Origin: Octopus bimaculoides
Taxonomy: Eukaryota
Direction of reading: 5' to 3'
DNA: 64,000 nucleotides
NCBI RefSeq assembly: GCF_001194135.2
Contig: NC_068999.1
Location: forward strand, 24,803,255 to 24,867,254
Positions 11,844 to 24,464 of the stretch are shown here, piece after piece (position 1 is the stretch's first letter; each line of letters opens with the position of its first letter). The position numbers and the translations under genes are program-made. A model generated the notes under the pieces. It made no database searches. It was not told the DNA's origin and was given only the letters and a program-made list of their open reading frames with translations.

Positions 11844-12249
11844 ATTTAGAGGTTAAATTGAAAGAGTACAGTATGAATATTTCTAGATGGGTTCTTTGAA
11901 CGTTTGTGTGAGAAAGAGAAATTTATGAGTGAGTGAGCTATCCACTCATGGGATAAAATAGTTTTGCTTTCATTTGGTCACATTCAAGTGAAGATGCTGC
12001 ACTTTTAGTGTAACGGCTTATGCACACAATATAGCTTATTCTATTATCCAGTTCAGAATATTATCCTTGTAAGATTTTGGAGTTCTTTTTACAAATGCAA
12101 ACTTAATTACTGGACTTAACCTATTCTCAAAGAAAAAAAAAGCTAGTTTATTTTATTTTTTCTCTTTTGTCTTCTTGCTCTTCGTAATCTACTCCTCTAC
12201 AGGGCAAAGAAGGTTCCCTCTTTTTACTGTGAGTACTATACCCCCTGTT

Positions 12250-13530
12250 TGCAAGTATCCAAATCATGCCCCCAGTTAAGGATTCATGTGACCTTTCTCA
12301 TGTATTATTACCCTCTGTGCCCCCACTTGATGCAGAGAAATACACAAACAAATCCCCTGGTAAATTTTTCTCTTCTCAAACATCTCAGGACTTCTCTCCA
12401 ACTTAGATTCCACACATCACCTCCACTCTCATGCAAACTACTACTTTCAACCTTGATCCACAACCTGTCTCTGATGTTAAGAATACACACCCTACTCAAA
12501 CTTCTCTCCCAAAGATGGTATTTGTACACTCTCCCTTGGTCTCACCTCTTTCACTTGGATTTCAACAAGAATGACTTCCAGCTTCTATTGCTGAAAGTTA
12601 CTCTACAAGGCTCAAGTGAGACTCTTAAAGGAATACTGCTCCCACATTTGGCATGCTGCTGCTGTGCACACTGACATCATTTTGGATCATATCCAGAGGA
12701 AGGTCACCTAGTCTATTCGCACTCCACCAGTATTGGACACACTACAGCCTCTAGCAAAAGACAAGTTTGTTTCTTCTCACTGTTTTTCCTATCACTTCTA
12801 AATAGCTCTACCCATCTCAGCACTGGTTGGTCTCTTACCTCCACTATTCAGGTACTCCTGTCCCATTCACCTCTTCACTTCTCTGTACCCTTGAGGTGTC
12901 CAACCACCTTTTCTTCACATTAGTCACTATGTTGGTTTCTTCATTCCTAGAACAGCATCAATATCACTAGTCTCAGAGGCCCTGCAAAAGGCACGGACAC
13001 TACCCCTTCCATCAAACTCAGCAAGTCGTTGTCATCATCATCATCATCATCATTTAGTGTCTACTTTCCTTGCTGGTATGGGTTAGACGATTTGACTGAA
13101 ACTTGTAAGCTGAAGGACTACACCAGGTTCCAATCTGATTTGGCATGGTTTCTACAGCTTGGTGCCCTTCCTAATGCCAACCACTTCAAGAGTGTAATGG
13201 GTACATTTTACGTGACACTGGCATCAGACTATGATTTCATTTGGCTTGATGGGTCTTCTCAAGCACAAAATATCTCCAAAGGTCTTGGTCACTTACCATT
13301 GCCTCCATCAGGCCCAATGTTCGAAGGGTGCTTTTTACGTGCCACTGACACAGGTGCCAGTCACATGACACCAGCATCGGCCATGGCTACGATTTTACTT
13401 GGCTTGATGGGTCTTCTCGAGCACTGCATATTGCTAAAGGTCTTGGTCATTTATCATTGCTTCTGTGAGGCCCAACATTTGAAGATCGTGCTTCACCACC
13501 TTGTCCCATGTTTTCCTGGGTCTACCCCTT
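12250..13530 (-). mobile_element. RTE LINE fragments and family C tail, degenerate
   Basis: RTE C-terminal-like relic (VCILNIRDR..) and an RTE 3' end ..cttcaccaccttgtcccatgt..cctgggtctacc with (CAT)n tail at 13029-13055. Confidence 0.6.
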
Positions 13531-13610
13531 CCCCAAGTTCCCTCCAAATAGTAAAAATGTTTTATAATTAAATATTATTTTTATAATACATTTTCTTCAT
13601 TTTTTTCTAG

Positions 13611-13700
13611 AATAAAGTAAAAGGCTACATCTCTCATCAACATCAGAAATTGGTTGTCAGTAAACAAAACCCTTTTCCTGTGTTATCAACTGTTCTTTGA
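13611..13700 (+). CDS. PCID2: PCID2 terminal coding exon
   Basis: tttttctag|AAT; NKVKGYISHQHQKLVVSKQNPFPVLSTVL*; the 8 exons total 657 nt in one open frame ending at TGA. Confidence 0.96.
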   Translation, partial: NKVKGYISHQHQKLVVSKQNPFPVLSTVL

Positions 13701-14267
13701 ATCATCTTGAAAAAAAAACCAAAAGAATGGAATCTGTTGGTATGGAGTTTTACTCACAGAAACTCTAAGACTGAAAATCTTGAAAACATACTTGGATAAA
13801 ACCAGCTTTATGAAATTCAAGGAGACAGAAATACAGGACAAAACTGCCTGAAAAATTTGAAGGTTATTTGCAAAAGATAAACATTTTGACTCAAATTGAG
13901 TTAACTTTCATCCATTGTATCATAAATTTATAATCGTTAATTCATTTATATTTCTTCTCTTCTTGTGCATTTTTTTATGGTCTATTAAATCTGAAATCTT
14001 GTACAGAAAGCTGAGGTTCCATGACTTCTACTGTGTGTGGATATGGTTCATATAAGTTATATTTTGTTTTTTTAAATTCTGCCAACTGAAGCCTTGTGAT
14101 TGAATTTGGTAAGGTGGGAGTTCCTGTTATGTGTGAAGATGTTTGTGCTTCCTAACAGAGAGGTGGGAACAAGGAAAGCTGAATCTGATGTGAATTGTGT
14201 TTTACCAAAATGTTGTTGTAAAGTGACCTGTGAGTGAACAAATTTCAAAATTTAACACTTATGCAAA

Positions 14268-14273
14268 AATAAA
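14268..14273 (+). promoter_or_regulatory. Candidate polyadenylation signal for PCID2
   Basis: AATAAA about 570 nt downstream of the stop codon; no transcript evidence. Confidence 0.3.
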
Positions 14274-14296
14274 ACAAACAAAAATCAACTGAGAAA

Positions 14297-14945
14297 TATA
14301 ATTCAAATTTTATTCTGTTTATGCAACATCTTTGCAAACCAGTGTATAGTTAATACACTGACTCTTTTTGTTTCAGACTGGCTGATTCAGTTTTGCTTCA
14401 GAAGTGACATGAGTATGTGACTTTGACAAACCACAACAGTGAAATGTATTCGTTGCTCCTCTGGTTATTTCTGGAGTGATTTCGTTTCACCTACCTCTGA
14501 AGTATATTGCGTTTTTGAACTCAGTAAATCTATAAAAGGGTTTTCCCATGTAAAAAAACTGCAGTTTCTGGTTTTTCAGCAACACCCATTTATTAAATAT
14601 GTTATATTGATAAGGTTTTTACTATAGAGCTGCTTCTATTGCATAATTTGAATTTTATTCTGCATATGTGATGCTTTTGCAAACTAGTGTATAGTTTATA
14701 CACTAACTCTGAATATTTCAGACTGGCTGATTGAGTTTTATTTTGGAAGTGACACAGCAACAACTAAATATATATGTTAATTTTGTGCTTGTTTCTGGGT
14801 TGATTACATTTCACTAACTCTGCAGTATATTGTGTTTTTGAACATGATACATCTATAGAGGGTTTTTTGCAAAACAAAAAACTGCAGCTTTTGGCTGTTC
14901 AGTGGCACACACATTATGTTATTTTGATAAAATAATTTTACACAT
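14297..14945 (+). repeat. Diverged direct tandem duplication, period about 348 bp
   Basis: Colinear blocks at 14297-14644 and 14645-14945, e.g. tttgcaaac.agtgtatagtt.atacact.actct, tttcagactggctgatt.agtttt, agtatattg.gtttttgaac, aaaaaactgcag. Confidence 0.8.
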
Positions 14946-16089
14946 TTCAAAAGCTCCCGATGCAAATTTTGTAAGAGTGTTGAGTACAATTATACACAAA
15001 AGTATGGAAATGAATGTATAGAAATAGTAAAACCGTTGCAAAATGTGAAGAACTTATCAAAACATCCTGAGAAATGATGGATTTTTCTATACAGAAAATA
15101 TTAAAACTGTTGCAGTAAATGGATAGAGAAAAGGTGTTTAGTGTGAACAGTTTCAGTTAGCTTACAAATAAGAATTTGTTTAATAGATAGAGAGAGAGAG
15201 AGATAGATACCTGCATGTATGTGTATGACTTAAACTTTTATACACACCACAAAATTTCATTGTTTATACTGTTCGTTGCCTTTTTGAAAGACATTTAAAG
15301 ATGTAATTGAGACAGGGTGTTTAAAACTAGGAAACAAAACTTGTTTATCTTAATATGAACAAAAGAAAGAAGGCACCAAAATGATCTACAAACATTGTAG
15401 TGTTAAATATAGTTTGGTACTATTGAATGAAAAAAATCCTGTTCATTAAATGAAAATGTTTAAGTGGAAGCAGTTAAAATCATTCTGGGAAAAATTTCTT
15501 TTATCAAAATCATTAAAATATTTGAAGATTGAATCTTAATTTCAACTCATCCAGGCTAAGTTCAACTGCTATCATATATTCTTTTGGAGGTTTTGTTGTT
15601 ATATAGAGTAACACAGGATGAATCATGCTTGTAATCTCTGATCAGTTTGAGTCTCAAATTGCACCATTATAGTATTTACTGACAGAGAAATCCCTGAACT
15701 GATCTCTACCAACTCTGGTGTTCTAAGGTTTGGTTATGTTACCCACACCCTTCCTCCTGTATATTAATGACCTACATGCTGTCACTTCCAACATGGCTCA
15801 CCACTATTGAAATTAGACCACCTTTCACTCTCCACTAACCTTATGCACCCAAATGTCATGACATGCAACCAAAACAGCTCAAAACAAATCTATACTACTT
15901 TCATGAACAGAAACACCAGTGACATTTATCCCCACTTAAACGTGGGTGTTCTGTTAGAACAAACTATACTGCAGTAGATACCATGAGAGGAACACTTGTA
16001 TTGACTTTTGGTGCAAAATGCACTCTTGTTTATATTGCTAGCATTTTATACCATTTTATAAGCCAGTATGAAAGTTTGTCTACCACAGT

Positions 16090-16283
16090 ATACAAGGTGG
16101 GTGCTGAAAGAAAATACAGGAGGATCAGTTATGATTTTATTCAACATATTCTCCTCCCAGATTTACACACTTATTGCAGCAGTCCTTCAGTTTTTCTAGG
16201 CCCTATAGAAGAATTTGGAAGGTTGGGCTTCCAACCAGGCTTTCGTTATATCCTTAAAGCAAGGAACTTTTCAGCAACCCTTG
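16090..16283 (-). mobile_element. Mariner-derived MITE (same family as 25526-25743), one end partly deleted
   Basis: Reverse-complement match to 25526-25743 (ggaacttttcagca, ccaaccaggc, cacacttattgcagc). Confidence 0.8.
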
Positions 16284-17139
16284 TGGTTTGTTTTAACAGA
16301 ACATTCACATTTAAGTGGGGATAAATATTACCACTTGGTATTAATACAGCCTCTGTTGTTAATATGTATCTCAGTGGAGACATTAATCTTGTCTCTTTCA
16401 ACAGCAGAATGACATAATCACTGCACACAACAGAAACACTTGTACCATAATCACTCTGAGTTAAGAATAATATACAACAAAACCTTCACAATCATTAATA
16501 ATTTCTCCTGATGATTTCACATCCTCATGTATAGCCATAGTTTGGATCTAAGAGACCTGTAGAAAGGGGAAAATTAGGGTAGAATAAGAGCTAGCTGGAG
16601 AGTGCACTGTCACAGAATAATAGAATGGCTGTCAGGGTTTAGAGGCCCTATGGTTTGGGGTGATTAGAGAAGTCTTTGCATTTGACATTCTCTGTGAAAA
16701 TAATGTTGAAAAGTTGTTTTTAGTATTTGTACAGCATTGTTGATTTGAAACCAAAGCAAGTAGGAACTGGAACGGTTTTTTTCTGTAAGAGTGTTACATA
16801 TAGCACTTTATTATTTGAGTTGTGGGTTTCATATCAGCTCTGATCAAAAACATTCCAGCTTTGACCATCCTATCTATTTCTATTTTCTTTTCCAGATGTA
16901 GTGTGTGAATAATGTAGGACTATATCATTTACTGTCTTTCCTTTTTTAAGGTGGGAAGTGTGATATAAGAAGAATTAGCCATTATTCCGATTGTGTACAA
17001 GTTGTCTCATTAGTTCATATTGTTTGAATAGTGTTTAGTGATATGACACACAGTTAGTGGTATTCCTCTTTGAATATTGGTGATATTAGGTGACTTCAAA
17101 ACTCTGAAGATGATCTCTTTGACTTTATATGAAATATTA

Positions 17140-17343
17140 GTTTCAAAGTTTGGCACAAGGCCAGCAATTTTGGAGGAGGGGATAAGTCGATTACATTGAT
17201 TCCAGTGCTCAACTGGTACTTATTTTATTGACTCCAAAAATATGAAAGGAAAAGTTGACTTCAGCAGAATTTGAGCTTAGAATGTGAAGATGGACAAAAT
17301 ACTGCCTGGCATACTAATGATTCTGCTAGTTAACCACCTTAAA
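17140..17343 (-). mobile_element. SINE family B with target-site duplication
   Basis: Family B body flanked by the 16-bp direct repeat TTTATATGAAATATTA at 17124-17139 and 17344-17359. Confidence 0.9.
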
Positions 17344-17359
17344 TTTATATGAAATATTA

Positions 17360-20146
17360 ACAATGCTTGAACGGAGATGTAGATTTGTGCTGCATTCAAG
17401 AAGTAAGGTGGAGAGAAAGTTCTGCTAGGTTCCTCACAGGCAAAGAACATAGGTATAAGATTTTCTGGGTAGGGAACACTGATGGGGTTGGGGGCGCGGG
17501 TATACTTCTTGCGGAGAAATGGGTTGATAAGGTAACTGAGGTAGTCAGAGTGTGTGATAGAATACTTATGATTAGATTAGTGCTGCAACATGGATTAGCA
17601 ACCATTATCTCAGCTTATGCCCCACAGCCAGGGCTACCTGATGAATACAAAGACAGATTTTATGACACCCTCTTGTACACTATCTACCTTGTCGACGAAT
17701 GACCTTATCTTGTGGCTGGTGACTTCAACGGGCATGTTGAGCAACATGCAGGGGGATTCCATGGTATACATGGTGGCTATGGTTTTGGTTCCTGCAGTGA
17801 GGAGGGAACCAGGCTACTAGAGTTCTGCAATGCAAATGATCTTATGGTTTGTAATAGTAACTTCAGGAAACTTGCCAGTCACCTATTCACCTACCTGTCT
17901 GGTGGACACACTAGTCAGATTGACTACATCCTCACCAGGAAACAGGAAAGATGGCTACTTATAATTGCCAAAACCTACCCAGGCAAAGAATGCACCCCAC
18001 AACATAGATTTAGTAGTTAGTGACTTCAGGATCAGGGCTAAATGGATGCCCAATAGACAACCAGCATGGAAAAGATGGGTCTAGAAGCTTAAGGACCCTG
18101 TGAATGGACTGAGATTTAGAGACATATTACTTGAAGCTATTGACGAAATAGAGGAAGATATAGCATCACATGATGTGAAAGACAACTGGAGGTTCCTGTG
18201 GGACAACCTGTTGAGGGCTACTGACCAGATCTGTGGCTGGTGCAAAGCCCCCTTTTGACCCAAGGTAATGTGGTGGTGTAACAGTGTATTTGACAGGGCC
18301 ATTAGGGAAAAGAAACAGGCATGGAAGGACTAGAAGAAAGGTGGTAGCAGAGAATTGTATCAGATTGCCAGAAGGGAAGCTAGGAGACAGGTTTACTTAG
18401 CCAGAGGGGAAGCAGATAAGAAAAAATTTGCCAATGATCTGTGCCGTGAGGACCAAAGACTTGAAGTGTTTTGTGTTGCAAGACAGTGTGTGAGAGAGAA
18501 TCATGATGTCATAGGAGAGAGATGTGCCCACATGGATGATGGCTCACTTGCATTTAATGAGGCTGCAAAGAGAGAGACTTGGAGATGCCATTATGAAAGG
18601 TTGCTAAATGAAGAGAATGAATGGGAGGAAGAGAGTCTGCCGAATGTCGATTCAACTGCTATCCAAATTGACAGTACCTTGGTAGATAAAGCAATTAAAG
18701 GTATGAAGACAGGGAAAGCCCCTGGCCCATCAGGAATCACCACAGAGTGCTTAAAATATCTGGTGGTGTCAGCTATAGTCTAGTCACCCATGTAGTCAAT
18801 CAGGTGATACATGGAGGAGTCATACCCAATGACAAGTGTAGCAGCACCATAGTCAACTGCTACAAAGGTAAAAGTGATGCGTTAGATACAAATAATTACA
18901 GAGGTATCAAGTTGTTGGGTCAGGTAATGAAAGTCACGGAGAGGGTCATAGCCCAACTAATTAGGGAGAGAGTCAGTTTAGGTTCATGCCAGAGAAAAGC
19001 ACCACTGGTAAGACAGCTGCAGGAGAAATACCTAGCCAAAGATAAACCCCTGTACCCGGCTTTCGTTGACACGGAGAAAGCCTTTGACAGGGTCCCCTGG
19101 TCCCTTATCTAGTGGTCAATGTGGAAACTAGGGATAGATGAGTGGTTACTGAGAGCTGTACAAGCCATGTACAGGTATGCTTTCAGTAAGGTGAGGATTG
19201 GCAACGAGTATAGTGAAGAATTCCGAGTAGTGGTCCACCAAAGATCAATCCTCATCCCCCTCTTATTCATCATAGTCCTCCAGGCAATAACAGAGGAATT
19301 CAAGACAGGATACCCCAGGGAGCTTCTCTATGCTGATGACCTTGCCCTAATTGCTGAGTCACTATCAGAACTAGAGAAGTTTCAGGTGAGGAAGCAAGGT
19401 CTAGAATCGAGGGGCCTTGGAGTCAATCTAGCAAAAACCAAAGTCTTAAGTAGGAAGGCAGACAAATCACAAATCCCTTCAGGTAGATGGCCCTGCTCAA
19501 TCTGTAGAAAAGGCGTAGGTAGAAACTCCCTAAGATGTTCCTGGTGTAAGCTATGGACACATAAGAGGTGCATCAATATCAAAGGAAGGCTAACTGGGAA
19601 GACAGTTTTTGTGCAGAAAACAGCTTCATCATATGCCAGGGGAAAAAACTAGAAGTAGTTGATAGCTTCCGTTACCTAGGTGACCAAGTCTGTAGCGAGG
19701 ATGGATGCTCTGAGAGTGTAGCTGCTAGAATAAGAATAGCCTGAGCAAAGTTCAGAGAGCTCTTTACCTCTGCTGGNNNNNNNNNNGTGTAGCTGCTAGA
19801 ATAAGAATAGCCTGAGCAAAGTTCAGAGAGCTCTTTACCTCTGCTGGTGACAAAGGGTCCCTCGCTCAGAGTAAAAGGTAGACTGTATGACGCATGTGTG
19901 CAAACAGCCATGCTACATAGCAGTGAAACATGGACTGTGACTGCTGAGGACGTGTAAGCATACAAGAAATGAAGCTAGTATGCTCTACTGGTTGTATAAT
20001 ATCAGTGTGCATACATGCGTCATACAGTCTACCTTTTACTCTGAGCGAGGGACCCTTTGTCACCAGCAGAGGTAAAGAGCTCTCTGAACTTTGCTCAGGC
20101 TATTCTTATTCTAGCAGCTACACTCTCAGAGCATCCATCCTCGCTA
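17360..20146 (+). mobile_element. RTE-clade LINE, truncated at both ends and frameshifted (APE endonuclease, RT, PHD finger)
   Basis: IQEVRW, SAYAPQ, GDFNGHV, SQIDYIL (APE); KAPGPSGI, NYRGIKLL, FVDTEKAFDRVP, LLYADDL (RT); WPCSICRKGVGRNSLRCSWCKLWTHKRC; several stops and frameshifts. Confidence 0.95.
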
Positions 20147-21039
20147 TATGAGGTACATCAGCTCCACTGTTAATCATTTCAAATTTTAATAAAATCAGCA
20201 CATCTTGATTTGTACACACTTCACTAGAAGCAAATCCTCATTATTTTCAGCTTATATTTTGGAACTGAAGAATAAAAATAGACCCTACACCTTAAATTAG
20301 AAAATCCTTATCATTGCTAAATCTTACATGAACAACAGAAGTCTGACCTTTGTATTACAGAAACTTATGAAATGCTCATAGCCAAGGTTGCATTACTTAA
20401 TAGACATTGTGAAACATTAATTTCTTGAAACTACAAAATTTTGAAAACTTAAAACTGTTTCCAACTTATCTCTTATCCAATTGTTTATATAGGTGTTGTA
20501 AGAGTGCTAATAGTCATGTTCTGAACAATAAGCTATGACTAAACCTATTTAGTTATTCAGCAACTTCATATACACTCACTTAGTTACTAATGAATCCCCC
20601 CCCCTCTGTATATTAATCTTGCTAAAATTGTATGTACTAATAAAATTTGTAATACTTTTTGTGAATCTAAACAGGTACAGGTTCCAAAAAATGGCACATG
20701 AAGAATGGTGTGAATGATGAATGATGTCCATGTTTTTGAGACATACAATATTTAATACATGTTATAAGCTTAAACAAGCTAAACTGAAGTTCAAAGTGTG
20801 CTCCAAAATTAAAAGCAGAATATTCATTTCAAAATCTTGATATTACAAAGTTAAAGTTGGACAAGTGTTGACAGGTGATAGTTGAGAACATCTTAACATC
20901 ACCAAAACCCATTCCTTGTTGAACAACATTACAGGGCTAGACAAGGCGACTGCTTAAACATGGTGGTGTTACTGCAATAAAGTTTAAATATCTTTGCAAC
21001 TTAATATGGTAAGAAGAGTAAGTCATTGAAGCTGTGAGT

Positions 21040-21600
21040 AGATAGAGTGATTGTAGCATTGCCTGGCAAAGAAGCTCTAAGTGACTACAGCAATGTGTAG
21101 ATTAATCCAGTTGTCTGTCCCTGACAAAGTGTCCTTCAGTGTTTTCATTACCTGTCTGAAAAAGGTGGTTGATGAACATTTCTGAGAAGAATAGTTGAAA
21201 TTTAGGAGCAGAAGGTTGTGGAAAATAATCCTCAGGTTCTGCAATGTCAAGTTGAATTGAAAGTTCTAGCAGCTGTTTATAGTCTACTTCATTGACTTCA
21301 AGAAGACCTTTGACAGCATGCACAGGGGGTGATGTGAAGAGATTCAACAAAGTTGCAATTGTTTTCCTGCACCTTCATCAACCACTGCACCAAACTTCAC
21401 CTATATACATCTATCCTCATGACAACTGACATACACCTACAAAATTTGGAAAAAAGTTAAACGAATGCATACAATTTTAGATGTGTTCCCAGACAAGATT
21501 TTCTTGGCATGATCACATTACAAATGAAGTCTTGGAAAAGATTATAGATGGCAGAAGATACTTCATTATGTTCTGCACATGCCCCGTGAGAGCTTTTCTC
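21040..21600 (+). mobile_element. RT fragment of an RTE-like LINE
   Basis: Plus frame FIVYFIDFKKTFDSMHR (RT D.xKAFD motif) within decayed sequence. Confidence 0.65.
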
Positions 21601-21824
21601 AAATAGATGCAAGAAAAGGGGTGTAAAAAGTGAGGCAGATCTGTAAAGACATAGTCGAGGTCTGCAGAAGAGGGACTAAGCAGATAGGGGCCTAACTGGG
21701 TGCAGGATCATGAAAGGAGTTGTGACTGTGCTGGGTGAAATTTGTCTTTGTGCAATACTTCATGGGTCTGAGAGAAACTAAGACTAAGACTGTTCTTTAG
21801 GATTCTCCATTGTCAAGTGGTCAT

Positions 21825-22045
21825 ATATGTGTGTGTCTGTTTCCCTCCCGCCTCACAACCACCACTTGACAGTTGGTGTTGATGTGTTTACGTCCCCGTA
21901 ACTAAGCAGTTTGGCAAAAGGGAGCTGATAGAATGAGTATGAGGCTAATAAAACAAATAAGTCCTGAGGTTGATTTGTTTGACTAAAACCTTTCAAGGCC
22001 TCAGCATGGCCCACAGTCAATTGACTGAAATAAGTAAAAGATGAA
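21825..22045 (+). mobile_element. SINE family A, 3' module
   Basis: gttggtgttgatgtgtttacgtccccgtaact..gatagaatgagta..catggcccacagtcaattgactgaaataagtaaaaga. Confidence 0.8.
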
Positions 22046-22049
22046 AGAT

Positions 22050-22790
22050 ATATACACAAGGTGCATTCCAGTTGTTTTGAAACCTTTTGCAGGAGGGACA
22101 TTTATTAATTTCAAAGAAGTACAAAATTCTAATCTACTTCAAAATAAGTTTTCTGACTTCAATGCACTTGTTGTAGCACTCCAGCTACTTCATGAAGGCC
22201 CCCATAGAAGATCTCCAAAGTAAAGGTGTCCAGGACCCAAGTTACAGCCTCTTTCATCTTCTCCTTCAGCTTGGGGAGCAACCAAATGTCACAGGAAGTG
22301 ATGTCTGGACTGTGAGGAAGGTAAGGGACAGTCTTGATGTCTGTCTCTCAAGTATTTGGTTACCAGGATAGAATTGTGGATTGATGCATCGTCCTGGTGC
22401 ATGTACTGGCTTTTGTGATGAAATCTCTTCTAGAATTCCCTCAAGTACTCCTCTTTGTTGACCGTCAGGCCAGAGGGAATCCACTGGATTCCTTTGCTGT
22501 CAAAAAAGTGCATTTGTTTTGCCTGGCCTCTTGTGCCAATGAAAAACAAATGCTCAGCTCATACAAGTTAATCTATAAGCAGTCTGGAACATTGCATAAG
22601 TTTCTGTAGCATTTTTGCACAGTTAGACACAAAACTTTATTGCATCAGGAACTTCCAATTGCTTTCATGCTCTGACTGCATTCTGTAAACTAATCAGCCG
22701 TGAGAAGCAGTGTTTAGTAGCATGTGTTCAAAGTGCTGTTACAGCTATCTCCTTCAATCCAGAATAAAACGTTGGCAGGTCAGCATATGC
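22050..22790 (-). mobile_element. Mariner transposon, internally deleted relic
   Basis: Minus relics AIKFCV*LCKNATETYAMF (N-terminal HTH), PHSPDITSCDIWLLPKLKE (YSPDLAP region), NKCIEV (C-terminus). Confidence 0.8.
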
Positions 22791-22851
22791 ACAAAACAAA
22801 AATAATTAATTTTAATTTTTTTCTAAGCATAAATCTAATACATTCTTTATA

Positions 22852-22888
<37 letters not shown>

Positions 22889-23220
22889 NNNNNNNNNNNN
22901 NNNNNNNNNNNNNNNNNNNNNNNNNNNNNNNNNNNNNNNNNNNNNNNNNNNNNNNNNNNNNNNNNNNNNNNNNNNNNNNNNNNNNNNNNNNNNNNNNNNN
23001 NNNNNNNNNNNNNNNNNNNNNNNNNNNNNNNNNNNNNNNNNNNNNNNNNNNNNNNNNNNNNNNNNNNNNNNNNNNNNNNNNNNNNNNNNNNNNNNNNNNN
23101 NNNNNNNNNNNNNNNNNNNNNNGCCTGGTGCAGCCTCCTGGCTTCCCAGACCCCAGCCGAACTGTCCAATCAATGCCAGCATGGAAAACGGACATTAAAC
23201 GAACGTGATGATGATATATA

Positions 23221-24464
23221 TATCAGGTCATTAAGAATGAAATGTCTGATTTTCTTATGCACCAAGTTCTGACAATTCTTTATTTTACAACATTGAAAAG
23301 TTACATCATCACTTTTCAAAATATAATTCATGGTGTCTGGTTATATTGTGAGTTTTGTCTTGTAAATCAATTTTTGTGAATCCATGGATAGATAAAAAAT
23401 TTGTGTTGTTTATGAATATGAGTTCCATCATGGAATCAATGCATCCCAGACAGCTTGAAACATCAATGAGGTGTTTGGTGAAGATGTAGCAAATGAGTGC
23501 ACTGTGCGTCGATGGTTTGAGAAGTTCTGGTATGGTGACTTTACTCTTGAAAATCAGTTCTGTGGTAGACCTGAGACCAAAGTGAATAATGATGAGCTGG
23601 AAACTGTAGTGGAAGTGGATACACCTCAAACTACATGTGTGTTAGCAGCAAAGTTTGATGTTTCGATTTCAGCTGTATTGGACCATCTGAAACAAATTGG
23701 CAAGGTAAAGAAGCTGTACAGGTGGGTACCACACAAAATGAATGAGCATCAAATGAAACCTTGTCTTGAAACTTGCTGTTCTTTGCTGTCACGGCATAAA
23801 AGTGAACCATTTTTGTGTCATATCGTTACATGTGATGAAAAATGGATTCTATCCAACAACTGCAATTGTTCTGAATGGTGGTTGCATAGGGACGAAGTGC
23901 CAAAACACAATCCAAAGAAGAATATTCTCCCAAAAAGCTAATGGTGTCTGTTTGGTGTCATCCATTACAGCTTCATGTGACCTGGTAAGTCAATTATAGC
24001 AGATGTATACATCAACCAACTGAAATGATGAGTAAACTTGCAATTAAACAACTGAGATTAGTCAATAGAAACAGGCCAATTCTCTTGCAAGATAATGCTT
24101 GACCACATGTTGCACAAAGAATGCTACTCAAGTTATAAGAACTGAACTTGGAAGTACTCTGTCATCTACCATATATTTACCAGACCATGCACCAACTAAC
24201 TATCATGTTTTCCAGGCATTAGACAACTTATTGCAAGGAAAAAAATTCAAATCTGAAGAAGATGCAAAAAGAGCCTTTTGTGATCTCATCATCTCTTGCT
24301 CTCCAGAATTCTTCGCTGCCACCATAAATAAGCTACTGATAAAATGGCAAAATTGTGTTGATAATTTAGGTGCATACTTTGATTAACTGCATTGATTTTT
24401 GTTGAGATAAAGTGAAATAAACTTTCAGTTCAAAATCAGACATTTCATTTTTAATGACCTCATA
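23221..24464 (+). mobile_element. Full-length mariner (Tc1/mariner) transposon, inactive
   Basis: About 33-bp TIRs TATCAGGTCATTAAGAATGAAATGTCTGATTTT (23221) and its complement at 24432-24464 with TA ends; TVRRWF..F..GDF.LE, RWVPH, IVTCDEKWI, YLPDHAPTNYHVF; stops and frameshifts. Confidence 0.95.

Noticed and set aside
13029-13571. 180-aa plus-strand ORF
   Set aside because: Antisense read-through of an RTE-type 3' end and family C repeat inside a PCID2 intron; no domain recognised.
14336-14360. CAGTGT resembling an iron-responsive element loop
   Set aside because: CAGTGT lies in a stem rather than a loop, and the C-bulge plus 5-bp upper stem is absent.
14377-14412. 36-nt acceptor/donor-bounded segment (WLIQFCFRSDM) in the tandem duplication
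   Set aside because: It lies downstream of the PCID2 stop, the second copy lacks the donor, and differences between copies are mostly non-synonymous.
19716-19847. 61-bp exact direct repeat on either side of a 10-N gap
   Set aside because: Typical unmerged contig overlap, and the inverted copy at 20008-20146 contains the segment only once.
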